A DNA stretch of 59,764 nt from a virus (taxonomy: Duplodnaviria > Caudoviricetes). Below are positions 45,082 to 54,815 of the stretch, one piece after another. Under the pieces are notes generated by a model, which searched no databases, had not been told where the DNA came from, and saw only the letters and a program-made list of their open reading frames with translations. The DNA is taken from IMG/VR virus record IMGVR_UViG_3300048597_000258, positions 1 to 59,764 of that record. The stretch is one strand, 5' to 3'. The position numbers and the translations under genes were made by a program. Each line of letters begins with the position of its first letter. The first letter of the stretch is position 1.

Positions 45082-47047
45082 CCCCGCCGAGTGGGCGGCG
45101 GAACACCGGGTCTATCCGGAGACCGCAGGCGTACCCGGCCCGCGCGACCCATGGTTGACGCCGTACATGGTGCCGTGGTCGGCGGCGGTTCACAAGGGCG
45201 ACTACCGCAGGGTGGTCGCGGTGACCTCTGCCCAGAGCGGCAAAACGGATTCCATGCTGGACGTGATCGGCGCGCGGCTCGACCAGCGCCCGGCGCCGAT
45301 CATCTACGTAGGCCCCACGAAGGAATTCCTGACCGACCAGTTCGAGCCGCGCCTGATGGCGCTTCTCGACGAGGCGCAGACCCTCAAGGACAAGGTCATC
45401 CGCGGTCGCCGGATGAAGAAGACCCTGAAGTGGGTGGCCGGCGTCAGGGTGCGCCTCGCCCACGCGGGATCCTCCTCGGCGCTGAAGTCGGACCCGGCTG
45501 CGCTGGCGCTGGTCGACGAATTCGACGAGATGGCCGCGAACGTGAGGGGGCAGGGCGATGTCCTGGGCCTCATCGAGGCGCGCGGCATCACCTATGCGGA
45601 TTTCGTCACCGCCATCACTTCAACGCCGTCGCAGGGCATGGTGGAAACACACTACGATCCCGAGAGCGGGCTGGAGTTCTGGGCGGACGGGGACCCCGAC
45701 GACATCGCCAGCCCGATCTGGAAGCTGTGGCAGTCGGGCACGAGGCACCACTGGGCGTGGCCCTGCCTGCACTGTGGCGAGTACTTCATCCCGAGGCTCA
45801 AGCATCTTCGCTGGCCGAAGCACGCGACACCGGCGATGGCGCGGCGCGAGAGCTTCATCGCGTGCCCTCACTGCGGCGGCGTGCTGACGGACCACGAGCA
45901 CAAGACCGCGATGAACGCGAAAGGCGTCTATGTCGCGCCGGGCCAGACCGTCGGCAAGGACGGCACGGTCCATGGCGATCCGCCTGACAGCACCACCTTC
46001 TCGGTCTGGGTGTCGGGACTGGCATCGCCCTTCGTCTCATGGGGCCAGCGCGCGGAAACCTATCTCACCGCGCTGGTCTCCACCGACCCCTCGCAAATCC
46101 AGACGGCGGTGAATGCGAACTTCGGTGAGCTTTACTCGCTGTCGGGCGGCGGGGACGTGCCGGAGTGGCAGGAGATCATGCAGCGCCGGCTGCCCTACAA
46201 GCGGGGCGAGGTGCCGGACGACGTGGTCCGCGTGGTGATGGGCGTCGACGTCCAGCGGCTGTCGCTGTTCTACGTCATCCGCGGCTTCGGCGCGCGCGGC
46301 ACGTCCTGGCTGCTGGATTACGGCCAGCTATACGGCCACACCGACGATGAACAGGTCTGGACCGATCTGGCCGACCTGATGACCACACCCATCGGCGGCC
46401 TGCACGTCGAGAAGGTGTTCATCGACTCCGGATTCCGGCCGAACAAGCCTGACGCCGGCGATGAGCACAAGGTCTATGAATTCGCCCGCCGCTATTCGTG
46501 GCTGGTGACCCCGACGAAAGGCAAGGACGTCCAGAACCCGCCCTACCGTGTGTCGAAGATCGAGGTGAAGCCGAGCGGCAAGAAGCTGGTCTATTCCATC
46601 AACCTTGCCTGGCTCTCGACCGACTTCTTCAAGTCGCTGCTCGTCTCGCGCATCAGGACGCCTCTGGAAACGGCGGGCGGCTTCTTCGTGCCAGACGACA
46701 TCGACGAGGATTACTGCCGGCAGATCGTGAGCGAGGTTCGCATCGTGAACCGCGCCACCGGAAAGCCGGAGTGGGTTCGCCGCAGCCGGGCCAACCATCT
46801 TCTCGACTGCGAGGCCTTGTGCGCCGCCGCCGCCTATACGCTCAACGTGCAGCGGATCCCGGAGATCGACAGGCCCGGCTCCGAAGCGCCCTTGCCGGAT
46901 GACGATGCGCCCGTCCGGCAAGCGCCCGTCCGGCAAGCACAGCAGGCTGGCAGCAGCGAGCAGGATCATCAGACCCCGCCCCCGCCGCCGGCGCACCGGA
47001 GCCTCCGCTCCCGGTTCGCCAGCATCTCAACACAGTTCAACAGGTGA
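44987..47047 (+). CDS. terL: Terminase large subunit, lambda GpA family (start uncertain, 44987 or 45032)
   Basis: SAQSGKT, LVDEFD, STP, CxHC twice, MGVDVQ, IDSG, NHLLDCE. Confidence 0.95.
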   Translation: MDPSNASPQQPEQRAMLWQLAASIWQPSQKRDPAEWAAEHRVYPETAGVPGPRDPWLTPYMVPWSAAVHKGDYRRVVAVTSAQSGKTDSMLDVIGARLDQRPAPIIYVGPTKEFLTDQFEPRLMALLDEAQTLKDKVIRGRRMKKTLKWVAGVRVRLAHAGSSSALKSDPAALALVDEFDEMAANVRGQGDVLGLIEARGITYADFVTAITSTPSQGMVETHYDPESGLEFWADGDPDDIASPIWKLWQSGTRHHWAWPCLHCGEYFIPRLKHLRWPKHATPAMARRESFIACPHCGGVLTDHEHKTAMNAKGVYVAPGQTVGKDGTVHGDPPDSTTFSVWVSGLASPFVSWGQRAETYLTALVSTDPSQIQTAVNANFGELYSLSGGGDVPEWQEIMQRRLPYKRGEVPDDVVRVVMGVDVQRLSLFYVIRGFGARGTSWLLDYGQLYGHTDDEQVWTDLADLMTTPIGGLHVEKVFIDSGFRPNKPDAGDEHKVYEFARRYSWLVTPTKGKDVQNPPYRVSKIEVKPSGKKLVYSINLAWLSTDFFKSLLVSRIRTPLETAGGFFVPDDIDEDYCRQIVSEVRIVNRATGKPEWVRRSRANHLLDCEALCAAAAYTLNVQRIPEIDRPGSEAPLPDDDAPVRQAPVRQAQQAGSSEQDHQTPPPPPAHRSLRSRFASISTQFNR

Positions 47048-47054
47048 TCCTCGA

Positions 47055-48677
47055 ATGGGCGTGATGGACATGCTGCGCGGCCTCATCTCTGCCCCCGTGA
47101 AGACCGCGCCGCCGTTTGCGCCGCGCAGCGAGTACATGCGCGGCGGACGCGGCATCGTGTTCACCGGCTGGCGGCCGGCGCTCCGCGAGCCGGCGGACGA
47201 TGTGGGATCGGCATGGGACGCCGCCGCGGCGCGCGCGATCGACACCATCCAGAACTCCGGCTGGATCGCCGGCGCGATCGACCAGGCCGTCGCCAACACG
47301 GTGGGCAACGGCCTCCGCCTGAAGGTGGCGCCTGAGTCCGAGCAGCTTGGCATGACGGATGAAGAGGCGCAGGAGTGGGCGCGCACCGTCGAGCAGCGCT
47401 TCGGCCTCTGGGCCAACGACAAGGTCGAGTGCGACATCGAGGGCCGCCGCACCTTCGGCCAGATGCAGGCCGCAGTCCTGCGCAGCTACTTCGCCACGGG
47501 AGAGGCCTTTGCGGAACTGCCGTGGAAGAAGCGGCGGAACTACGGGACGAAGGTCCGTCTCGTGCCCTCGCACCGCGTGCCCGTCACCAACGATCCCCTG
47601 CGCCGCATCCAGCACGGCGTCCGTACGGACCCCGACGGCTTCCCCGTCGGCTACCTCGCCAGGCGCAAGGATCCTCTGCTCGGAGATGTCGAATGGCTTG
47701 TGCCGGCCTTCGATGCGAAGTGGCGGCCGCGCATCGTGCACTGCTTCGATGGCCTGCCGGGACAATTCCGGGGCATCACGCCGCTGGTTCCCGCCCTCCG
47801 GGTGGCACGCCAGTTCGACCAGCTTGCCGACGCAACGCTCACCGCCTCGATCATCCAGACGGTGTTCGCGGCCACCATCACCTCGGAAGTCCCCACCGAG
47901 GACCAGCTTGCGGGCCTCATTACACCCCAGGAGCAGGCGGCGATGGCGAGGCAGGGCCAGAGCACCTGGGACGGGTGGTTCGACGCCCAATCGGGCTGGT
48001 ACGACAACGCCACGATCAACGTGGGCATCAACGGCCGGATCGCGCATCTCTTCCCCGGCCAGAAGATGGAGTTCCTTTCGGCGAAGCATCCATCGACCGA
48101 ATACAAGGACTTCTCGCTCCACCTTCTCCGCGAGATCGCGCGCTGTCTCGGCCTCACCTATGAGAGCGCTACCGGCGACTACGAGGGAGCGACCTATTCC
48201 TCCGTCCGCATGGCCACGGGCGAGGTCTTCCAGATCACGCTCTACCGCCGCGCCTTCATCGTCGCCCCCTTCTGCCAAGCGGCATACGAGGCGTGGCTCG
48301 AGGAAGAGATCGAGGCCGGGATGATCCCTTTCCCGGGCGGCATCGACGGGTTCTATGCCAACCGGTCCGCTGCTTGCCGGGCCTTCTGGCGCGGGACGCC
48401 GAAGCCGCAGGCAGACGACGTGAAGACCGCGACCGCGCATCAGGTCTGGCGCACGATGGGCGTCATCACCGACGAGATGATCGCCAACGACCTCGGCGTG
48501 GATATCGAGGACGTCTACATGCAGCGCCAGCGCGAAGCCGAAATGCGGAAGCGCTACGGCCTCAAGGACGAGCAGGAGCGCCAGGCAACGCTGCAGCAGG
48601 CTCAGGTCGAAGCCATAGCCGAGGCCACTTCCGAATCGGATGGCCCGCAGAAGGACCCCGCGAATGCCGACAATTGA
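47055..48677 (+). CDS. Portal protein, lambda family
   Basis: GQFRGIT, GLTYE...TGDY...YSSVR. Confidence 0.93.
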   Translation: MGVMDMLRGLISAPVKTAPPFAPRSEYMRGGRGIVFTGWRPALREPADDVGSAWDAAAARAIDTIQNSGWIAGAIDQAVANTVGNGLRLKVAPESEQLGMTDEEAQEWARTVEQRFGLWANDKVECDIEGRRTFGQMQAAVLRSYFATGEAFAELPWKKRRNYGTKVRLVPSHRVPVTNDPLRRIQHGVRTDPDGFPVGYLARRKDPLLGDVEWLVPAFDAKWRPRIVHCFDGLPGQFRGITPLVPALRVARQFDQLADATLTASIIQTVFAATITSEVPTEDQLAGLITPQEQAAMARQGQSTWDGWFDAQSGWYDNATINVGINGRIAHLFPGQKMEFLSAKHPSTEYKDFSLHLLREIARCLGLTYESATGDYEGATYSSVRMATGEVFQITLYRRAFIVAPFCQAAYEAWLEEEIEAGMIPFPGGIDGFYANRSAACRAFWRGTPKPQADDVKTATAHQVWRTMGVITDEMIANDLGVDIEDVYMQRQREAEMRKRYGLKDEQERQATLQQAQVEAIAEATSESDGPQKDPANADN

Positions 48678-48915
48678 TCCGGCCAACCCCTGCGCGGCGG
48701 CCACCGCCCTTCGCGAGGTCCTGCTCAAGGCGTTGGCCAATGGGCAGATGGAGGAGGTGGAATTCTCCGCCGGCAACGGCTCGCAGCGCCGGGTGCGCCG
48801 GAAGTTCGCGAGCCTTGACGAACTCCGCGCCGAGATCGCGCGCCTCGACGGCGAGTGCAAGGTCCTGACCACCGGCAAGCCGGCGCGCTACGGGCTTCGC
48901 GCGGGAGGTATCTGA
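48664..48915 (+). CDS. Head completion protein (gpW-like)
   Basis: VEF...VRRKFASLDELRAEIARLD. Confidence 0.65.
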   Translation: MPTIDPANPCAAATALREVLLKALANGQMEEVEFSAGNGSQRRVRRKFASLDELRAEIARLDGECKVLTTGKPARYGLRAGGI

Positions 48916-50186
48916 TGAACGACCTGTTCCACATCGCGCAACGGCTCTACAACGTGCCGCTGCTCATCGCACCCGAGAAAGCGCAGATCATCCTTCACGT
49001 CCTGGAGGGGCGGATCGGCAACAGCCTCGATCTCGCTCTCGACGAGAGCGTCGTCTCGCCGGAAATGAGCCGCTTCGTCGGCTCCCCGGTCCGCAGCGAC
49101 GGCGCCGCCCGCAAGTTCATGGTCGACCAGGGCGTGGCGGTGGTTCCGGTCATCGGCTCCCTCGTCAACCGCGGTGCATGGCTTGGCGCGAGGTCCGGGA
49201 TGACCTCCTACGAGGGTCTCACCGCCCAGTTGCGGGACGCCGTGGCCGACCCGGATGTGTCCTCGATCCTGCTCGACATCGACAGCCCCGGCGGCGAGGC
49301 CACCGGCATGTTCTCGCTCGCCGGCATGATCCAGGGCATCCGAGAGCATAAGCCCGTGGTCGCCGTGGTGAACGATGTGGCGGCATCCGCCGCTTACGGC
49401 CTCGCGAGCGCGGCTTCGCAGATCGTCGTGTCGCCCACCTCGCTGGCGGGAAGCATCGGCGTTGTCTACCTCCACGTCGACGAGAGCGCGAAGCTCGAGA
49501 AGGAAGGCGTGAAGCCGACCCTGATCTATGCCGGCGCGCGCAAGGTGGATGGCAGTCCCTACTCGCCGCTTTCCGAAGCGGCGCGCAGCGAAATCCAGTT
49601 CCGTGTCCATGGTTTCTATGATCGCTTCCTCTCCCTGGTGGAGCAGGGGCGCGGCGCGCGCTTCGGTGCGGATGCTGCGCGCTCGACGGAGGCACGCGTG
49701 CTTATGGGCGAGGAGGCAGTGGCGGCCGGTATGGCCGACCGCGTGGCGTCTTTCGACCAGATTTTGAGTGAACTTCAAGGATCTCCGCGAAAGCGGCAAC
49801 TCAACACAAGGAGAACTGTCACTATGACCAGTGATGCTGGCTCTCCCGCTGCCACGACCGCGGGAATCACCGAAGCTGAACGTGCTGCAATCCGTGCCGA
49901 AGGTGCGAGCGCCGAGTACGCGCGCATCATGGGCATTCTCAACTGCGAGGCCGCCACGGGCCGCGAGCGCACCGCCATCAGGCTGGCGGGTGAACGCGCC
50001 ATGTCGGCGGAGGGCGCGGCCGCGATCCTCGGCTCCCTCCCGGTTGCCGCGAGCATCGAAGCCCGCGCGGCGGCGATGCCGGAGATCGGTGCGACAAGCT
50101 CGCCTGCGAACCCCGAGGCCTCCGCCGAGATGGCGCGCAGCGGCTGGGACAAGGCCTTCGCCCGGACCCCGGCAAAGAAGCGCTAA
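48915..50186 (+). CDS. Capsid maturation protease S49 with C-terminal scaffold
   Basis: LLDIDSPGG, AASAAY, GSIGV, GMAD. Confidence 0.92.
   Translation: MNDLFHIAQRLYNVPLLIAPEKAQIILHVLEGRIGNSLDLALDESVVSPEMSRFVGSPVRSDGAARKFMVDQGVAVVPVIGSLVNRGAWLGARSGMTSYEGLTAQLRDAVADPDVSSILLDIDSPGGEATGMFSLAGMIQGIREHKPVVAVVNDVAASAAYGLASAASQIVVSPTSLAGSIGVVYLHVDESAKLEKEGVKPTLIYAGARKVDGSPYSPLSEAARSEIQFRVHGFYDRFLSLVEQGRGARFGADAARSTEARVLMGEEAVAAGMADRVASFDQILSELQGSPRKRQLNTRRTVTMTSDAGSPAATTAGITEAERAAIRAEGASAEYARIMGILNCEAATGRERTAIRLAGERAMSAEGAAAILGSLPVAASIEARAAAMPEIGATSSPANPEASAEMARSGWDKAFARTPAKKR
49824..50186 (+). CDS. Nested in-frame scaffold protein (Nu3-like)
   Basis: Internal AAGGAG RBS before in-frame ATG 49824; RIMGILNCEAATGR. 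Confidence 0.7.
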   Translation: MTSDAGSPAATTAGITEAERAAIRAEGASAEYARIMGILNCEAATGRERTAIRLAGERAMSAEGAAAILGSLPVAASIEARAAAMPEIGATSSPANPEASAEMARSGWDKAFARTPAKKR

Positions 50187-50241
50187 TCCAGTCCTCAACA
50201 ATCCACGCGCCCCTTAGGGCGCATTCCAAGGAGCAAAGCTC

Positions 50242-50613
50242 ATGACGAAGTTCACCGAGGGCCGCCACCCGATCGAGGGCCTTCTTTCCGAGGGCGAATT
50301 CGCCTACTCGCGCGCCACCGTGACAGTGGTGTCGGGCGCCGGCAAGATCGTGCCTGGCACTGTGCTCGGCAAGATTACCGCCAGCGGCAAGTATACGCCT
50401 TCTCCCGACACGGGAGCGGACGGCTCGCAGACCGCCGTGGCCATCGCGCTTTACGACTGCGATGCGACCAGCGCCGACGCCCCCGTGGTCGTCGTGGTGC
50501 GCCACGCCCAGTGGAACGTGAATACCCTCACGTATCACTCCAGCGTCAACGACGGCGCCAAGCGCGCGGCCAAGGCCACGCAGCTTGCCGCTGCCGGCAT
50601 CATCGTCCGCTGA
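50242..50613 (+). CDS. Head decoration protein D-like
   Basis: GTVLGKITASGKY...DGSQTAVAI...GIIVR. Confidence 0.9.
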   Translation: MTKFTEGRHPIEGLLSEGEFAYSRATVTVVSGAGKIVPGTVLGKITASGKYTPSPDTGADGSQTAVAIALYDCDATSADAPVVVVVRHAQWNVNTLTYHSSVNDGAKRAAKATQLAAAGIIVR

Positions 50614-50678
50614 TCCACCCCATCCCCTGAACCCCATAAGTCCGCTTCGCACGGGCTTCACTCAAGGAGGCAAGCGCT

Positions 50679-51710
50679 ATGCTTGACATCTTCAACAACG
50701 ACGCCTTCAGCGTCGTTCAGCTGACGGACTCGGTTGCGGACAAGGTGGTTCGCCCCGGCCGGCTCTCGTCCATGGGCCTGTTCGCCGAATCCTCGGTGAG
50801 CACCCTCAGCATCGCCATCGAACGGATTGGCGACACCATCCAGCTTGTCACGCCCTCGCAGCGTGGTTCGCAGGGTGAGACCCGCGACATGCCCAAGCGG
50901 TCGATTGAGAACCTCTCCATCCCCCACTTCCAGCGGGACTGGTCGGTGAACGCCGACGAGGTCCAGGGCATCCGGTCCTACGGGTCCGAGACCGTCCTCC
51001 AGACGGTGCAGGGGATCGTGGCCGAAAAGATGGCCATGAACCTGGCCGACCTCGACCTGACGGACGAGTATGCGCGCCTCGGCGCCATCCAGGGCGTCAT
51101 CACCTACAAGGGCGGCACGACCCTCGATCTGTTCTCCAAGTTCGGCGTCACCCAGGCCACCGAGGTGGACTTCGACCTCGACAACGCCACACCCGCCGGC
51201 GGCGTGCTGCGCAAGGCATGCGTGGGCATGATCCGCAACGCCCGCAAGGCGCTCGGCGCTGTGCCCTTCACCTATCTCCATGCCTTCTGCGGCGATACGT
51301 TCTTCGACCAGCTTCTGCAGCACAGCGAGGTTCGCGCCACCTACACGGGCTGGTCGGAGGCGGCGATCCTGCGTGACAGCTACGTCGGAAAAAACCGCGG
51401 CGAGAACCCGATGTTCGAGTTCGGCGGCATCATCTGGGAGAACTACGGCGCCATCGACGCCACGGGTGACGGCGCCCTCATGGGTATTTCTGCCGCACAG
51501 GCGAAGTTTGTCCCCATGGGCGTGACCGGCTTGTTCCGCACCTACTATGCGCCGGCGGACTACGTGGAGACCGTCAACACAATGGGCAAGGCGCGCTACG
51601 CCAAGCAGTGGCCGATGCCCAACGGAAAGGGTGTCAACGGCGAGGTGCAGACGAACTCGCTGCACATCTGCACCCGCCCGGGGGCACTGCTGCGCGCCCG
51701 CAACACCTGA
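50679..51710 (+). CDS. Major capsid protein, lambda E family
   Basis: MLDIFNNDAFS...LF...ADEVQGIR...FEFGGI...RP. Confidence 0.93.
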   Translation: MLDIFNNDAFSVVQLTDSVADKVVRPGRLSSMGLFAESSVSTLSIAIERIGDTIQLVTPSQRGSQGETRDMPKRSIENLSIPHFQRDWSVNADEVQGIRSYGSETVLQTVQGIVAEKMAMNLADLDLTDEYARLGAIQGVITYKGGTTLDLFSKFGVTQATEVDFDLDNATPAGGVLRKACVGMIRNARKALGAVPFTYLHAFCGDTFFDQLLQHSEVRATYTGWSEAAILRDSYVGKNRGENPMFEFGGIIWENYGAIDATGDGALMGISAAQAKFVPMGVTGLFRTYYAPADYVETVNTMGKARYAKQWPMPNGKGVNGEVQTNSLHICTRPGALLRARNT

Positions 51711-51732
51711 TCCCGGTCAGGGAGAGCAAGCA

Positions 51733-52137
51733 ATGGGATCGTTATTCGACGACGCGGACGCGGACCTGTCCGGGGCCGTGATCGAGGCGTTTGGCGAGCC
51801 TGCGACCATCCGGCCGCGCCGCGGGGGCCAGTACGGCTCGCCCGGCGCGGATGCGGACCGCCTCCCCGATCAGGTGGAGGTGATCTTCTCGGAATCGCCT
51901 GGCCTCGAGTGGCTTTCGGGATCCCGGCGCGGCTCCGACCTGCAGGGCGGGACACGCGTCAGCGTAGGCGACGCCGAGGTCTGGCTGAGCAAGGCCGGCG
52001 TTGACGGCCTGGGCTATACGCCCGCAAAGGGCGACACGGTTTCGCTCCGTGGCCGCCGCTTCGCCGTAGCCGCCGCCCCCATGATCTCCGACATGGGCGA
52101 CATGCGCCTTCTTCTCGCGCGCGAGGGTTCGGAATGA
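51733..52137 (+). CDS. Head-tail joining protein
   Basis: Position after the capsid gene; FGEP...PAKGDTV. Confidence 0.65.
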   Translation: MGSLFDDADADLSGAVIEAFGEPATIRPRRGGQYGSPGADADRLPDQVEVIFSESPGLEWLSGSRRGSDLQGGTRVSVGDAEVWLSKAGVDGLGYTPAKGDTVSLRGRRFAVAAAPMISDMGDMRLLLAREGSE

Positions 52138-52952
52138 GCATTGCGAGAACCGCCGTCCGTGTTGCGGCAGTGAAGGCGATCACCGGACGCACGCTGGCGG
52201 GCCCTCGTGTGGCCGACAGCGCCATCGAACCAATCGATGTGGCCGTGGGCGAGGTGCGGCTGCCGATCATCACCGTGACCACCGACGACGATGTCGTGGA
52301 TCCTCAGGGCCGCGATGTCTGGTCCGGCCGGCGCGACCTCGACCTCGTGATCGAGATGGCGGTGGCCACTGAGGTGAAGGACGGCGGCTTCACGATACCG
52401 CAGACGGACGCAGGCTTCGAATGGACCCTGGACATCATGGAGCACCAGATCGAGCGCGCGCTGTTCGATGAGGGAACGCCATGGGCCGCTGTCTTCATGA
52501 GGCTTGTGCCCCGAGTCCACAAGCGGGTTTCGAGGAGGGGGGCAAGTGTCGAGCGCGGCGTCCGATTCGCGGCCCGGCAACTTGTGCTGACCGTCGACAC
52601 CGTTTCCACCCCGGCGACGGGAGAGGAAATTGACCCGGACACCGCCTATGGCAGGCTTCTCGCCCTCATGGCCGAGGATCCGGAACTGGCGGAGTTCGGC
52701 GAGCTTCTCCGCGGGCTGATCGAGCAGCCGCACAGGCCCGGCTGGAAGCGCGCTGCCGAGGCCGTCGGCCTCACCCGCGAGAACGCAGAGGCCATCGGAA
52801 TCGCGCCCCTCGACCCCACGGAACAGGGCGAGCCGCCGATCCTCGAGCGCGCGGAGATCGATGGTGATCTCAACATTATCGAGACAATCCGTGGGCGGGG
52901 TGCGAGGCTGACTGGATCGTCCAGCATCACCGCCAATGGCGGCAAGGACTAG
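52134..52952 (+). CDS. Neck / tail completion protein with C-terminal fibre-type repeat
   Basis: TLAGPRVADS...LPIITVTTD...LDIMEHQIERAL; ends RGRGARLTGSSSITANG. Confidence 0.65.
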   Translation: MSIARTAVRVAAVKAITGRTLAGPRVADSAIEPIDVAVGEVRLPIITVTTDDDVVDPQGRDVWSGRRDLDLVIEMAVATEVKDGGFTIPQTDAGFEWTLDIMEHQIERALFDEGTPWAAVFMRLVPRVHKRVSRRGASVERGVRFAARQLVLTVDTVSTPATGEEIDPDTAYGRLLALMAEDPELAEFGELLRGLIEQPHRPGWKRAAEAVGLTRENAEAIGIAPLDPTEQGEPPILERAEIDGDLNIIETIRGRGARLTGSSSITANGGKD

Positions 52953-52954
52953 CC

Positions 52955-53533
52955 ATGCATGAGCTTGTTGAACTGGCTTCCCGGGTGGCAGACCTGGAGC
53001 GCCGCTTCTCGGGCGTGGTGCGCCACGGCACCGTGGATGAGGTCGATCCGGGGAAACAGATCGTGCGGATCAAGTTCGGTGAGGACAAGGATGGCAAACC
53101 CTTCCTCTCGCCGTGGCTGCCTTATGCGCAGATCGCCGGGGCCTTGAAGGTACACACGCCGCCGACCAAGGGGCAGCAGATGTCCACGCTCTCGCCGTCT
53201 GGCGACTGGATGCAGGCGGTGGCGCTGCCGATGCACTGGTCGGATCAGAACCAAAGCCCAAGCAGCAACGGCGACGAGAACGTGCTGACCTATGGCAACG
53301 TCCGCGCCACCATCAAGGACGATCTCGTCCAGGTGATCGTCGGCGGCTGCACGCTGGAAGTGACCAGCGGCCATGTGAAAATCGAGATCGACGGCGTCAC
53401 GCATACCATCGACGGTAGCGGGATCACCACCAACGGCGGTCGCATCGAGCACGATGGAAAGAACATCGGCAAGGATCACAAGCACAAGGACGTCGAAAGC
53501 GGCCCGTCGCTCACTGGTCCGCCTGTCGCTTAG
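52955..53533 (+). CDS. Baseplate spike (P2 gpV)
   Basis: RHGTVDEVD, SPWLP, PTKGQQ, C-terminal HKH. Confidence 0.9.
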   Translation: MHELVELASRVADLERRFSGVVRHGTVDEVDPGKQIVRIKFGEDKDGKPFLSPWLPYAQIAGALKVHTPPTKGQQMSTLSPSGDWMQAVALPMHWSDQNQSPSSNGDENVLTYGNVRATIKDDLVQVIVGGCTLEVTSGHVKIEIDGVTHTIDGSGITTNGGRIEHDGKNIGKDHKHKDVESGPSLTGPPVA

Positions 53534-53544
53534 GAAGGAAGGCC

Positions 53545-53961
53545 ATGGTTCAGCTTGTCAGTCCGAGCGTCGGCCTCAATCGCTGGACGGGCGGAACCAT
53601 CGCCGATTGGGAGCATGTCCTTCAATCGCTGGAAGACATCTTCACCACGCGGTTCGGCGAGCGGATTATGCGCGAGTGGTACGGCTCGAACGTGTCGAAC
53701 CTGTTGGGCCGCAACATCACGCCGCGCGAAGTGACCGGTTACTTTCAGGAGGTCCTCGCGCCGATTGAGCAGTGGGAGCCGCGCTTTCGCGTGGTGCAGA
53801 TCGTCGCCTTGAAGGTGACGCGCGACGGGCAGTTTCACTTCTACATGGATGGCGAATATCGACCGCGCGCCGTCTTCGGGGACTTCACCGTGGATGGTGC
53901 GCGCCGCGTGTTCGGGACATCCGGCCGCAACGGCATCGCGCAACTGGAGCGCAGCGAATGA
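53545..53961 (+). CDS. Baseplate wedge gpW/gp25
   Basis: HVLQSLEDIFTT...RIMREWYGS...WEPR. Confidence 0.9.
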   Translation: MVQLVSPSVGLNRWTGGTIADWEHVLQSLEDIFTTRFGERIMREWYGSNVSNLLGRNITPREVTGYFQEVLAPIEQWEPRFRVVQIVALKVTRDGQFHFYMDGEYRPRAVFGDFTVDGARRVFGTSGRNGIAQLERSE

Positions 53962-54815
53962 GCCACGACACGGCGCTTGACCTCTCAATGCTCGGAAAGC
54001 CAGAGGTCATCGAGAGCATCGACTATGAGGCCATCGTGACGCTCATGCGGAACGACCTCGTCGCGCGCTTCCCCGCGATCCTGGGCGTGGTGGATCTGGA
54101 GAGCGAGCCGGCCCGGAAGCTGATCGAAGTCTTCGCCTATCGCGAAATGCAGCTTCGCGCCCGCATCAACGATGCCGCCCGCGCGAACCTTCTCGCCTTC
54201 GCGATCAGGAACGACCTCGATCACCTCGCGGCCTTCTATGACGTCAACAGGCTGCCGGGCGAGGACGATGCGCGCCTCCGTACGCGCGTCATCCTCGCCA
54301 TCAGGGGCCGTTCGACAGGCGGCACCGAACCGCGTTATCGCTTCGTGGCGCTCTCCGCAGACGTGCGCGTTGCCGATGCCGTGGTCTGGCGAGAGGGAAC
54401 GACGCCGCTTGTCCGCTGCGCGATCTTTGCGACCGACAACAATGGCGTGCCGGATCCCGCGCTGCTGCAGGCGGTGCGTGAGCATCTGACCGCGTCGGAC
54501 GTCCGCATGGTGAATGACACGATCCTCGTCACCGCCGCCGTGCAGAAGGTGCAGAACATCGTGGCAAGCCTCACACTCCTGCCGAACACTTCGGAGAGCA
54601 TCCTCGCCGACATCGCGGCAGCGTTGCGCGCCGACTGGCTGGCCGAGCGCGGTCTCGGCTTCGACATGACCTTGTCCTGGCTGACGTCGAAGATGATGCG
54701 CTCAGGCGTCTACAAGGTTGCGATCACCACGCCGGGCGCGGATGTAATCGCGGCGTCCAGTGAGGCGATCTCGATCGGCACCGTCACCCTGACGGTCGCG
54801 GGCCGGAACTTCTGA
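53958..54815 (+). CDS. Baseplate J protein
   Basis: PEVIESIDYEAI...ESEP...AYRE...RINDAAR...DLDHLA. Confidence 0.92.
   Translation: MSHDTALDLSMLGKPEVIESIDYEAIVTLMRNDLVARFPAILGVVDLESEPARKLIEVFAYREMQLRARINDAARANLLAFAIRNDLDHLAAFYDVNRLPGEDDARLRTRVILAIRGRSTGGTEPRYRFVALSADVRVADAVVWREGTTPLVRCAIFATDNNGVPDPALLQAVREHLTASDVRMVNDTILVTAAVQKVQNIVASLTLLPNTSESILADIAAALRADWLAERGLGFDMTLSWLTSKMMRSGVYKVAITTPGADVIAASSEAISIGTVTLTVAGRNF

Noticed and set aside
46907-46937. Tandem repeat GCGCCCGTCCGGCAA in the terL 3' end
   Set aside because: In-frame duplication (APVRQ twice) in a disordered tail; no functional signal.
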